Source: Woeseiaceae bacterium (GTDB taxonomy: Bacteria > Pseudomonadota > Gammaproteobacteria > Steroidobacterales > Woeseiaceae). Taken from it: a DNA stretch of 64,000 nt. The stretch's first letter is position 1, and each line of letters opens with the position of its first letter. Shown piece after piece: positions 9,321 through 18,991 of the stretch. The DNA lies in contig OZ245060.1 in the NCBI GenBank assembly GCA_965224655.1, positions 258,917 to 322,916 on the forward strand, in the 5' to 3' direction. The position numbers and the translations under genes are program-made. Under the pieces are notes generated by a model. It made no database searches. It saw only the letters and a program-made list of their open reading frames with translations, and was not told the origin of the DNA.

Positions 9321-9938
9321 ATGACACTCAGAGGACTCATCGCAGTATTGCTACTCACCACGGGCACCGCGCACGCCGAGGTATCGGCCAACATCGGCTA
9401 TGCCAGCGACTATTTCTATCGCGGCATTTTCCAGGCGCCAAACTCGGCAAACGGCGGACTCGATTTCGAGAAGGGTGGTTTCTACGCCGGTACCTGGGCG
9501 GCTGACGTCAAGGACGGCCTCGAAATCGACGGCTACTTCGGCTACGGCGGAACGCTCGGCGAAATCGGCTACAGCGTCGGATATACGGGCTACTTCTATA
9601 CCGGCGACTTCGACGACACCTACCAGGAAATTAACCTCGGCGGCAGTTTCGGGATCGCATCGCTCGATATCGCCGTCGGCCAGTACGAAAACTTCGGCGG
9701 ACCGCAACAGGACTACACCTACTACGCACTGACGCTCGAAAAGGCCGGCTTCTACGGCAAATACGCCGGGTTCACACAGGACTTTGCCGGCGAATACGTC
9801 GAGCTCGGTTACGGCGCAACGATCGGTGACGACCTGTTCGACGTCGGCATCACGGCCATTTTCGCGAACAAGGACCTTGTCGGGCGGAACGAGGAATCCC
9901 TCGTTGTGACCGTCGGCAAATCGTTTGACATCAAGTAA
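9321..9938 (+). CDS. TorF-family putative outer-membrane porin (beta-barrel)
   Basis: The ATG at 9321 has GGAG 9 nt upstream. The signal peptide is 'MTLRGLIAVLLLTTGTAHA'. It has the 'ASDYFYRGI...GGFYAGTWAADV' pattern and an alternating aromatic/Gly beta-strand composition. Confidence 0.65.
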   Translation: MTLRGLIAVLLLTTGTAHAEVSANIGYASDYFYRGIFQAPNSANGGLDFEKGGFYAGTWAADVKDGLEIDGYFGYGGTLGEIGYSVGYTGYFYTGDFDDTYQEINLGGSFGIASLDIAVGQYENFGGPQQDYTYYALTLEKAGFYGKYAGFTQDFAGEYVELGYGATIGDDLFDVGITAIFANKDLVGRNEESLVVTVGKSFDIK

Positions 9939-9963
9939 GGAGACGGTCGCCAGATCGTCATAA

Positions 9964-10317
<354 letters not shown>

Positions 10318-10328
10318 GGAGAATCGAA

Positions 10329-11606
10329 ATGGACGCAACAACCCAGATCGCGGCGCAGGTGACCGAACTTTCCTACGCGCTGGACACGTTTTACTTTCTG
10401 ATGTGTGGCGCGCTCGTCATGTGGATGGCCGCCGGCTTTACGATGCTCGAGTCAGGCCTCGTGCGCGCGAAGAATACGGCTGAAATCCTGACCAAGAACG
10501 TCGGCCTGTATTCAATTGCCTGCATCATGTACATGCTGTGCGGCTACTCGATCATGTACCCGGGCGATTTTGCCGGCGGGCTGTTCGAAAGTCTCGGCAA
10601 TATCGGTAATCTCGGCAGTGCCGACAACACGGCCGAAATCGTTGTTGCCAGCGGCGGCGACACCTACTACTCGGGCCTGTCGGACTTCTTCTTCCAGGTC
10701 GTGTTCGTCGCGACGGCGATGTCGATCGTGTCCGGCGCCGTCGCCGAGCGCATGAAACTCTGGTCGTTCTTCACTTTTGCCATCGTCCTGACCGGCTTCA
10801 TTTACCCGGTGCAGGGATTCTGGAAATGGGGCAACGGCTGGCTCAACGTCGGCGGCTTCCTGGACTTCGCCGGATCCGGCGTCGTACACATGTGCGGTGC
10901 GGCCGCCGCACTTGCGGGCGTGCTGCTGCTCGGTGCACGCAAAGGCAAGTACGGCCCGCACGGACAGGTCAACGCCATCCCGGGTTGCAACCTGCCGATG
11001 GCGGCACTGGGCACGCTGGTACTGTGGATGGGCTGGTTCGGTTTCAACGGTGGCTCGCAGCTCGCGGTGTCGAACGTTGAAAACGCCAATGCCGTCGCGT
11101 TGATTTTCGTCAACACGAACATGGCAGCGGCCGGCGGCCTCGTTGCGGCATTGCTGCTGGCGCGACTCTGGTTCGGCAAGGCCGACCTGACGATGGCGCT
11201 CAACGGTGCGCTTGCCGGCCTGGTGGCGATTACCGCGGAACCGCTGACACCGACGCCGGGCGTCGCGACGCTGATCGGCGCCGCCGGTGGTCTGCTCGTC
11301 GTTGCCTCGATCGTCACGCTCGACAAGCTGAAGATTGACGATCCTGTCGGCGCAATCTCGGTGCACGGCGTTGTCGGCATCTGGGGCTTGCTGGCGGTCT
11401 GCATCACCAACCCGGACGCATCACTCAAGTGGCAGCTGATCGGCATCGCGTCGATCTTCGCCTGGGTGTTTGCGACCAGCTTCGTCGTCTGGTTCGTCAT
11501 CAGGAAGACGCTGGGTATTCGCGTGTCGGAAGAAGAGGAATACGAGGGCGTGGACCTGCACGAGTGTGGTCTCGAGGCCTACCCGGAATTCGCAACCAAC
11601 GAGTAA
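10329..11606 (+). CDS. amtB: ammonium transporter
   Basis: 425 aa and polytopic. Amt signature stretches include 'DFAGSGVVHMCGAAAALAG' and 'DDPVGAISVHGVVGIWG'. Confidence 0.95.
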   Translation: MDATTQIAAQVTELSYALDTFYFLMCGALVMWMAAGFTMLESGLVRAKNTAEILTKNVGLYSIACIMYMLCGYSIMYPGDFAGGLFESLGNIGNLGSADNTAEIVVASGGDTYYSGLSDFFFQVVFVATAMSIVSGAVAERMKLWSFFTFAIVLTGFIYPVQGFWKWGNGWLNVGGFLDFAGSGVVHMCGAAAALAGVLLLGARKGKYGPHGQVNAIPGCNLPMAALGTLVLWMGWFGFNGGSQLAVSNVENANAVALIFVNTNMAAAGGLVAALLLARLWFGKADLTMALNGALAGLVAITAEPLTPTPGVATLIGAAGGLLVVASIVTLDKLKIDDPVGAISVHGVVGIWGLLAVCITNPDASLKWQLIGIASIFAWVFATSFVVWFVIRKTLGIRVSEEEEYEGVDLHECGLEAYPEFATNE

Positions 11607-11658
11607 ACATAAGACGACAGCAGCGATTTCCCCCCGATTTCCCCGCAAATCGCATTTG

Positions 11659-11696
11659 GCGGGCCCTTGAGACCATCCGGGGCCCGCTGTTTTTAT
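11659..11696 (+). terminator. Rho-independent terminator after amtB
   Basis: The stem GCGGGCCC (11659-11666) pairs with GGGCCCGC (11680-11687). It is followed by TGTTTTTATT. Confidence 0.65.
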
Positions 11697-11775
11697 TGAC
11701 CGACCGTCAAATATCACGAAATTGGATGTGATGATCGTCACAACAAAGCTGCGGCGCGCATGCTCTAATAACGGC

Positions 11776-12240
11776 ATGAATACTCGACACCTCATGGCGA
11801 GCCTTGTGGCTTTCGCACTTACAGCCAGCGGCGGCGCCCTGGCTGACGGCATCTATAAGTGGACCGACGCAGATGGCAACGTCCACTACGGTGATCGGCC
11901 ATCGGGTGCGCCGACCGAGGAACGCCTGCACATGTCCTACAACCGCACCAGCGCCGCGTCGGTAAATCGCCGAGTCGATGCCTACCGCGACGCCACCGAG
12001 GCTCGCAACAAAGCCAAAGAGGAAGCCGCCGAAGCGGAGGCCGCTGCGGCCGAGGAGCGCGCCCAGGCGGACCAGCGCGCGGCCAAATGTGAGCAGCTGC
12101 GCACGCAGCTCAGGGCCATGCTCGATGCACGCCGCGTCTACAAGGAAGACGCGAACGGTGAGCGTGTCTACCTCGACGACGACGGACGCGAGGCTGCGCG
12201 CACCAAGGCCGAACAACAGATCCAGGAATTCTGCTCCTAA
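11776..12240 (+). CDS. DUF4124 domain-containing secreted protein with charged coiled-coil tail
   Basis: The start was trimmed to the ATG at 11776. It has the signal peptide 'MNTRHLMASLVAFALTASGGALA'. The DUF4124 motif 'GIYKWTDADGNVHYGDRP' follows, then an Ala/Glu/Arg-rich helix. Confidence 0.7.
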   Translation: MNTRHLMASLVAFALTASGGALADGIYKWTDADGNVHYGDRPSGAPTEERLHMSYNRTSAASVNRRVDAYRDATEARNKAKEEAAEAEAAAAEERAQADQRAAKCEQLRTQLRAMLDARRVYKEDANGERVYLDDDGREAARTKAEQQIQEFCS

Positions 12241-12322
12241 GACGTTGTAAATTGAGGACTTTGTCCTCACTTCGCCGCCGTACTGACGCTACAATACCCG
12301 CGCACCGACACGGAGCGCCGGC

Positions 12323-13369
12323 TTGGCATCAGCAAATCATCACGACCAGGTATACCTCCCCGACTTTTGCGCGGCGAGTACGCTGTTCGTGATCGTCCTG
12401 GTCGCGGAACTGGTCGCTATCGTCCTGACACTCGCGGCCTACGGCCCGGGCGAGCCGTTCCTGCTCGGGCTTTCCAAGACGTCTTTCTTTGTCCTCTGGA
12501 TCGCTTTGCTCGGGACGGCGCTCTTGTGCCAGATGCGTTCCCGGCTCGAACAGGCCGGTCCCAAGCGGGCATTTGTCATTGCCTTCATCGCACTCGAGAT
12601 CATGAGTCTCGTCATCGCCGAAGTGGCGTGGCAACTGACTCGCATCTTCGGCGCGTCCGCGATCATCCACGGCACGCACAGCGAGTTCCTGCTGCGCACG
12701 TTTGCGATCAGTTCCATCGTCATCGCGCTGGGGATGCGATACCTCTACATTTCCAGCGAGTGGCGCCGCAGTATCGTGCTCGAAGCACAGGCACGCATCA
12801 GCGCCCTGCAGGCGCTGATCCGGCCGCACTTCCTGTTCAACAGCATGAACACGATCGCGTCGCTGACGCGCAGCGATCCGGCACGCGCCGAGGAAGCGGT
12901 GGAGGACCTGTCAGACCTGCTGCGCGCAAACCTCGGTAAGTCCGGCGACCGCTCGTCGCTGAAACAGGAGTTTGAAACGGCAGCGATCTATCAGCGCATC
13001 GAAAAGCTGCGACTCGGTGAGCGGCTTGCCGTGCGCTGGGACGTCGGCAATCTGCCAATGCGCGCACGCATTCCGAGCCTGACCATCCAGCCGCTGCTGG
13101 AAAACGCGATCTACCACGGCATCGAATTACTGCCGGACGGCGGCGAAGTTCACATTGCGGGCGAGGTCGACGGCGACGCGCTGCGAATCAGCATTTCCAA
13201 CCCCGTCGCGGTGGGCGAGGCGCGCAGCGAGGAAGGCAACCAGATGGCCATGTCGAACATCCGCCAGCGATTCGAACTCGCCTACGGCAGCAAGGCGTCA
13301 GTCCAGATTAACGACGAAGGCGAACGCTTCACGGTCAACCTGCGGTTCCCGTACGAGAGCGGCGAATGA
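12323..13369 (+). CDS. algZ: LytS/AlgZ-type sensor histidine kinase
   Basis: 348 aa. The N-terminus has 'LPDFC' and 4 TM helices. The His_kinase motif 'LIRPHFLFNSMNTIASL' and the HATPase motif 'LTIQPLLENAIYHGI' are present. It is followed by algR and hemC, as in Pseudomonas. Confidence 0.85.
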   Translation: MASANHHDQVYLPDFCAASTLFVIVLVAELVAIVLTLAAYGPGEPFLLGLSKTSFFVLWIALLGTALLCQMRSRLEQAGPKRAFVIAFIALEIMSLVIAEVAWQLTRIFGASAIIHGTHSEFLLRTFAISSIVIALGMRYLYISSEWRRSIVLEAQARISALQALIRPHFLFNSMNTIASLTRSDPARAEEAVEDLSDLLRANLGKSGDRSSLKQEFETAAIYQRIEKLRLGERLAVRWDVGNLPMRARIPSLTIQPLLENAIYHGIELLPDGGEVHIAGEVDGDALRISISNPVAVGEARSEEGNQMAMSNIRQRFELAYGSKASVQINDEGERFTVNLRFPYESGE

Positions 13370-14112
13370 AGGTCCTGATCGTCGATGACGAACAACCGGC
13401 ACGCGACCGGCTGCGCACGATTCTCGACGACGAGCCCGGCTGGGACGTCGTCGGCGAAGCGAGCAACGGCCGCGAGGCGCTCGAACACTGTGTACGGCTG
13501 GCGCCGGATCTCGTTCTTCTCGACATTCGCATGCCCGGACTCGATGGCATCGAGACCGCACATCACCTGAATACGCTGGAAAACCCGCCGGCCGTTGTTT
13601 TCACGACGGCCTACGACGAGTACGCGATCGACGCCTTCGACGCCCGCGCTATCGGCTATGTCCTGAAACCCGTGCGGCGCAGCAAACTGAAGGCGGCGCT
13701 CGAGCAGGCGGCGCGACTGTCGCCGCGGGCGCTCGCCGAGGTATCGACAGACGCGAATCTCGGCAAGGCGCGCAAACATATCTGTGCCCGGGCGCACGGT
13801 GAATTGCGACTGGTGCCCATCGCCGACGTCATCTGTTTTTCGGCCGACCAGAAGTACGTGGCCGTCGACCACGACGGCGGCACCGAGTTGATCGACGAAT
13901 CGCTGAAATCCCTGGAAGACGAGTTCGCGGACCGCTTCGTCCGCATCCATCGCAGCGCCCTGGTTGCCCTCGACCGCATCGAGCGCCTCGAGAAAACCGC
14001 CGACGGCAAATTCCATATCGTGCTGCGCGACGGCTCGCAAGTCGGCGACAAAGAGCTGATAATCAGCCGCCGGCACCTGGCGGATGTACGCCGCCGCCTC
14101 AGGAATTCCTAG
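13366..14112 (+). CDS. algR: LytTR-family response regulator
   Basis: 248 aa. The receiver domain reads 'MKVLIVDDEQPARDRL...LLDIRMPGLDG', and a C-terminal LytTR DNA-binding domain is present. There is a 4-nt overlap with algZ. Confidence 0.85.
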   Translation: MKVLIVDDEQPARDRLRTILDDEPGWDVVGEASNGREALEHCVRLAPDLVLLDIRMPGLDGIETAHHLNTLENPPAVVFTTAYDEYAIDAFDARAIGYVLKPVRRSKLKAALEQAARLSPRALAEVSTDANLGKARKHICARAHGELRLVPIADVICFSADQKYVAVDHDGGTELIDESLKSLEDEFADRFVRIHRSALVALDRIERLEKTADGKFHIVLRDGSQVGDKELIISRRHLADVRRRLRNS

Positions 14113-14120
14113 GAACCAAA

Positions 14121-15041
14121 TTGAAAATCCGCATCGCAACCCGCAAGAGCGCCCTCGCGCTCTGGCAAGCCAACCACGTTGCCGCGCTGCTGGGCGACCT
14201 GCCGGGCGTCAGCGAAACCGAACTCGTTCCACTGTCGACGAAAGGCGACGAGATTCTCGATCGGAGTTTGCAGAAGATCGGCGGCAAAGGACTCTTCATC
14301 AAGGAGCTCGAGGTCGCGATGCAGGAAGGCGTCGCCGATATCGCCGTGCACTCGATGAAAGACGTACCGGCGGAAATGCCGGACGGCTTTTGCCTGGCCG
14401 CGGTTTTGCCACGCGCGAACCCGGCCGACGCGCTGATCAGCCCGGGCGGCAAGCTGTTGCGGGACCTGCCCAAAGGCGCGCTCGTTGGCAGCTCGAGCCT
14501 GCGCCGGCAGGCGCAGCTTCGCATGCTGCGGCCCGACCTCCGCATTAAACCGCTACGCGGCAACGTCAACACCCGACTCGCAAAACTCGAGGCCGGCGAG
14601 TTTGACGCGATCATTCTCGCGGCGGTGGGCCTCGAACGCCTCGGTCTGGGACATCACGTCAGCCAGCAGTTCACGCCCGACGAAATGTTGCCGGCGGCTG
14701 CGCAGGGCGTCCTCGGCATCGAGTGCCTGTCCGACAACGAATCACTGCGCGCCCTGCTCGACCAACTGAGCGATGCGAACGCCATCAGGACCACCACGGC
14801 CGAGCGGGCCATTGCGCGCATCCTGCAAGCCAGCTGCACGTCCCCGGTCGCTGCGTATGCGACGGTCTCCGATGCAGCGCTCGAACTGACTGCGCTCATC
14901 GCCCATCCGGACGGTTCCGAGTGCATCCGTGAATCGGCCAGCGGCGACGATGCAGAACAACTCGGCACCGCACTTGCGGAGCGCCTGTTGCAGCGGGGCG
15001 CCGCCGACATGCTGCGCACGATCGAGGCACAGTTTGGCTGA
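14121..15041 (+). CDS. hemC: hydroxymethylbilane synthase (porphobilinogen deaminase)
   Basis: 306 aa. The 'IRIATRKSALALWQANHV...TKGDEILD...GGKGLFIKELE' pattern matches HemC. It has a TTG start. Confidence 0.95.
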   Translation: MKIRIATRKSALALWQANHVAALLGDLPGVSETELVPLSTKGDEILDRSLQKIGGKGLFIKELEVAMQEGVADIAVHSMKDVPAEMPDGFCLAAVLPRANPADALISPGGKLLRDLPKGALVGSSSLRRQAQLRMLRPDLRIKPLRGNVNTRLAKLEAGEFDAIILAAVGLERLGLGHHVSQQFTPDEMLPAAAQGVLGIECLSDNESLRALLDQLSDANAIRTTTAERAIARILQASCTSPVAAYATVSDAALELTALIAHPDGSECIRESASGDDAEQLGTALAERLLQRGAADMLRTIEAQFG

Positions 15042-15819
15042 CAGCACACTCGACGGTATCGGCGTCCTCGTGACCCGCCCTGCCGCGCAGTCGGCCGGTC
15101 TCATCGCGGCGATCGAAGCCAGTGGTGGACGGGCTATCGCGTTTCCGGCTATCGAGATCGTGCCGCTGGGCGCTGCTGCGGTCTGCGACGCCGCGGCCCG
15201 ATTGCCCACACCCGACATTACTGTTTTCGTCAGCCCGAATGCCGTCGAGTACGGTGCTGAATTCGCGGGCGACGCAACGATTGCGGCCGTTGGGCCCGCC
15301 ACGGCGCAGGCGCTGGCCGCGTCGGGCAAGCCGGCCGACATCGTGCCGACCGTCGGCTACGACAGCGAGAGCCTGCTCGAAGAGCAGGCGCTGCAGAATG
15401 TCGTCGGCAAGAATATTGTGATTATTCGTGGCACCGACGGCCGACAACTCCTGGGCGACACGCTTCGCGAGCGCGGCGCGCTAGTGCACTATCTCGCCGT
15501 CTACGAACGGATTCCGGCGACGCACGACGCGGCGGCGACCGCCGCAGTGGAAGCGGACTGGCGTGCCGGCAATATCGACGTCGTTACCGTGATGAGCGTG
15601 GCGACCCTCGACAACCTCGTCGAATTGCTGCCGGAAAGTTGCGTCGAAAGGCTGGCCGGGACGCCACTGGTGACGCCGGCAGCTCGTGTGATAAAAGAAG
15701 TGCTGAAACGATATCCGGCCTCGCATCCCGTACTGGCGTCCGGGACCGGGGCTGATTCAATAGTCGATGCGATCGCCGTGGCAGCAGATGTGGCCCGGGA
15801 CACTGGACGAAAATCATGA
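15034..15819 (+). CDS. hemD: uroporphyrinogen-III synthase
   Basis: The start was trimmed to the TTG at 15034, overlapping the hemC stop by 8 nt. The 'LDGIGVLVTRPAAQSAGL' N-terminus and the position between hemC and hemX support the call. The track start 14929 lies inside hemC. Confidence 0.8.
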   Translation: MADSTLDGIGVLVTRPAAQSAGLIAAIEASGGRAIAFPAIEIVPLGAAAVCDAAARLPTPDITVFVSPNAVEYGAEFAGDATIAAVGPATAQALAASGKPADIVPTVGYDSESLLEEQALQNVVGKNIVIIRGTDGRQLLGDTLRERGALVHYLAVYERIPATHDAAATAAVEADWRAGNIDVVTVMSVATLDNLVELLPESCVERLAGTPLVTPAARVIKEVLKRYPASHPVLASGTGADSIVDAIAVAADVARDTGRKS

Positions 15820-16949
15820 GCGACACCGAAAACGAACAGGACGCGGAGTTCCCGGTCGAGGAATCCGGGTCCCCCACGATCGAGGTCGAGAAGGAGAAGC
15901 CGGCACGCAGGAAGGGCGGCGGCGTTGCCTGGCTCGCATTCCTGCTTTCCGTCATCGCCGTATCGGCCGTCGGCTACCGATGGTTCAACGACTGGCGCGC
16001 GCCGGAAGACACGAGCCAGCTTGACACGCTGGCCGACGTCAATGCGCTTCGCGACGAGCTGCGCACGACGAACGAGTCGATCAGTACACTCGGAACGCGC
16101 ATCGACGCCATACCGAGCACCGATTACAGCGGTGACATCGCTGCCGTCGAGCAACAGGTCACTGAGCGGCTGCTGCTGCTCAATACGCTGCCGTCGCGCA
16201 TGTCGACGCTTGAGAACTCGGTCGCCTCGCTGGCCGGCATTTCGCAGGGCGCCCGTGAGACGTTCCTGTTGGCCGAGGCCGAGTACTACATGCAGATTGC
16301 CAATGCGCAGTTGCAGCTTGCCAACAATCCCCATCTCGCAACGCTTGCGCTGCAAATGGCTGACGAGCGCGTCACACAACTGGCCGACCCGGCGCTTACC
16401 GACGTACGGCGGACGCTGTCCGACGAGCTCGCCGCACTCGAGGTCCTGGAAAAACCCGATCTCGAAGGGGCGACACTGACACTCGCAAGCCTCGCCCGGG
16501 TCGTCGAGTCGCTACCGCTTGCGAGCCAGCGCCAGGAATCCGGCAACGACAATGATGCTGACGATGAAGAGCAAGGCAGCGTCGACCGCGCCTGGTCATC
16601 GGTCAAGGACGCGATGTCGGGCCTCGTCAAGGTCACGCCGCCGGAGCAGGCCAGGCTTGCGATCCTGTCGCCGGACGCCGAGTACTTCCTGCGCAACAAC
16701 GTTGCGCTGCAACTGCAGGCCGCTCGCCTCGCCCTGCTGCGCGGCGAACAGTCGATCTTCCAGCAGTCACTCGACGACGCGAGTACGCTTCTGAACACGT
16801 TTTTCGATACGGACAGCGATGCCGTTGCCGGTACGCTGGAAACGCTTGGCGAAATTCGTGCCAGTGTATTCACAACGCAAAATCCCGACATCTCGGGCTC
16901 CCTGCGCCTTTTGCGCCAGTACCGGACGCTGAGCGAGACGGTCGAGTGA
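15816..16949 (+). CDS. hemX: HemX-like membrane protein (uroporphyrinogen-III C-methyltransferase-annotated family)
   Basis: 377 aa. It has an acidic N-terminus, one TM helix and a long coiled-coil periplasmic domain. Its conserved position is between hemD and hemY. Confidence 0.75.
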   Translation: MSDTENEQDAEFPVEESGSPTIEVEKEKPARRKGGGVAWLAFLLSVIAVSAVGYRWFNDWRAPEDTSQLDTLADVNALRDELRTTNESISTLGTRIDAIPSTDYSGDIAAVEQQVTERLLLLNTLPSRMSTLENSVASLAGISQGARETFLLAEAEYYMQIANAQLQLANNPHLATLALQMADERVTQLADPALTDVRRTLSDELAALEVLEKPDLEGATLTLASLARVVESLPLASQRQESGNDNDADDEEQGSVDRAWSSVKDAMSGLVKVTPPEQARLAILSPDAEYFLRNNVALQLQAARLALLRGEQSIFQQSLDDASTLLNTFFDTDSDAVAGTLETLGEIRASVFTTQNPDISGSLRLLRQYRTLSETVE

Positions 16950-18145
16950 AACTCGGTGTCATCCTCGTCCTGACGCTGCTCGCGAGCTCGTTCGCCGCGT
17001 ATTTTCTGATTGCGGATCCGGGCTACGTCGTCATCAACTTTCGCGGCTACGTCATCGAGATGAACGTGCCGGTCATGCTGCTCCTGATCGCGACGTTATT
17101 TGTCTCGATATGGCTGCTGCGCAAGATCATTACCGCGCCGCGGCGTATCGGCGAGGCCGCCGGCCGCTATCGCTCGGCGCGTTCGGGCCAGAAAATGACG
17201 CGCGGCATGATTGCCGTCGCGGAAGGCAATTTCGCACGCGGCGAACGCATGCTGGCGCGGGCAGCCAGCACGAGTGACTCGCCACTGTTCAATTACCTGC
17301 AAGCCGCGCGTGCCGCGCACCTGCAGGGAACGGATGAGCGCCGCGATGAGTGGCTGCGACTGGCGTACCAGGAAGTGCCCGAAGCGGCGAATGCCGTCCT
17401 GCTGACACAGGCCGAATTCCAGCTCGACCGCGGCCAGCACGAACAGGCGCTGGCAACGCTGCGCCGCCTCGACGAAAATTCCAAGGGGCACGGTCATGCG
17501 CTCGGACTCATGGGGCGGCTCTACTACCAGCTGGAAGACTGGAAGATGCTGGGCGAGTTGCTGCCGCGCATCAACAAGCACGCGCAGGTCAAGCCGGAGA
17601 CGCTGACGCTGTGGACGATCCGGGTGCACCGGGAAGCACTGCGGGCCGCGGCGGACGCCGAGGTACTGGCGGAAGCGTGGAAAGCCGTGCCGAGGGCGCA
17701 CAAAAAGGACATCTCACTGCTCGAAGCCTGGTTCAGCGCCCTGATGCGCACGGGCCAGCAGGAACGCGCGGAGAAAGAACTCGCCGCGGCGATCAAGTCC
17801 GAGTGGCGCGGGCCGCTGGTGCGCCTGTACGGCGTCGTCGAAGGCCCGGACGCCAGCAAGCAGCTAAAGCGCGCCGAGGGCTGGCTCGCCGCTCACAGCG
17901 AGGACCCTGACCTGTTGCTCGCAGCCGCCCGGTTGTGCCTGCGCAACGAACTGTGGGGCAAGGCGCGCAGCTACCTCGAAACGGTCATTTCGTTGCGGCC
18001 CACGCCCGAGGCGTACCAGGAGTACGGCGCGCTGTTGAACCAGATGGGTGAGACAGATGCGGCTGCGGACGCCTTCCGCGACGGACTGTTGATGACATCG
18101 GCCCCGGTACATGCCGCACTACCCGACCTGCGAAGCCAACCCTGA
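16946..18145 (+). CDS. hemY: HemY-like TPR membrane protein
   Basis: 399 aa. It has two N-terminal TM helices and C-terminal TPR repeats. It completes the hemCDXY synteny, with a 4-nt overlap with hemX. Confidence 0.8.
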   Translation: MKLGVILVLTLLASSFAAYFLIADPGYVVINFRGYVIEMNVPVMLLLIATLFVSIWLLRKIITAPRRIGEAAGRYRSARSGQKMTRGMIAVAEGNFARGERMLARAASTSDSPLFNYLQAARAAHLQGTDERRDEWLRLAYQEVPEAANAVLLTQAEFQLDRGQHEQALATLRRLDENSKGHGHALGLMGRLYYQLEDWKMLGELLPRINKHAQVKPETLTLWTIRVHREALRAAADAEVLAEAWKAVPRAHKKDISLLEAWFSALMRTGQQERAEKELAAAIKSEWRGPLVRLYGVVEGPDASKQLKRAEGWLAAHSEDPDLLLAAARLCLRNELWGKARSYLETVISLRPTPEAYQEYGALLNQMGETDAAADAFRDGLLMTSAPVHAALPDLRSQP

Positions 18146-18162
18146 TCTGGCACGGCATCGCA

Positions 18163-18241
18163 GGGACCGCCGACATAGTGCATCCTGGAATGGCTCGCTC
18201 CGCTGCGCTTTATTTCCTGGATGCACTATCTCGGCGGTCCC
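18163..18241. repeat. long imperfect inverted repeat between convergent hemY and parA-like genes
   Basis: The 28-nt arms are GGGACCGCCGACATAGTGCATCCTGGAA and TTCCTGGATGCACTATCTCGGCGGTCCC, with 2 mismatches. The loop is 23 nt. Confidence 0.8.
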
Positions 18242-18253
18242 GGCCGAGCATGT

Positions 18254-18892
18254 TCAGGGTTGGCTGCGTTTGCTCCGGAGCCAGGCCGTGAGCGGTTCCC
18301 ACTCCTCCCAGTCCGGCCACGCGAGGTATTCGGGCAACTCAAAGATTCCGAGCCCGCGCGTGTACGCGCGCACGTAGTTCTGCGCTTCGCGCAACGCGGC
18401 CACGTAGGGTACCCGTGTCTTGGTCAGGTACTCGTCGAGATCGTCCCAGATCAGCGTATTGTCACGTACGCGGTTCGCGACCGTTGCAATTTTCGCCTGC
18501 TTCTTTTGTACCTTGCCGACGGCTTTGAGCTCATCGAGGAAGGTCGAGGTCGCCTGCATATCGATGGTTGACGGCAGGACCGGCACGACGATCGTCTCGG
18601 CGTGATTGACGAGGTTTGTCAGCTCCGGCCCGTGAGAGCGCGCCGGTGCGTCGATGACCAGGATATCGGCACCACGGGGTGCATGGCGCAGCCCGTCCTC
18701 GAAGCCGGCGACGGCCGCAATCGCCGGGCGATTGTCGGGGCGTCGGTCGAGCCAGTCGAGACTCGATCGCTGCGGATCGTAGTCCGCCAGCGCAACGGAT
18801 GCGCCTTCGTTGGCGAAGTAGGATGCGATGTTGGTCGCCAGCGTGCTCTTGCCGCAGCCACCCTTCGCGTTCAGAACCATTATGTGCCGCAT
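18254..18892 (-). CDS. orphan ParA/MinD-like P-loop ATPase
   Basis: The start was trimmed to the ATG at 18892, with GGAGAG 4-6 nt upstream. It has the deviant Walker A 'NAKGGCGKSTLA'. It is 212 aa, and no parB-like gene is adjacent. Confidence 0.8.
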   Translation of the reverse strand: MRHIMVLNAKGGCGKSTLATNIASYFANEGASVALADYDPQRSSLDWLDRRPDNRPAIAAVAGFEDGLRHAPRGADILVIDAPARSHGPELTNLVNHAETIVVPVLPSTIDMQATSTFLDELKAVGKVQKKQAKIATVANRVRDNTLIWDDLDEYLTKTRVPYVAALREAQNYVRAYTRGLGIFELPEYLAWPDWEEWEPLTAWLRSKRSQP

Positions 18893-18991
18893 GTCGCTCT
18901 CCAATGGGCAATGTTGTTAGTAAGTTCGGCGGTTTATGTAAACTACAGAAGCCGACACTATTAGTCCATTCACGGTCCGGACACGGCATCA

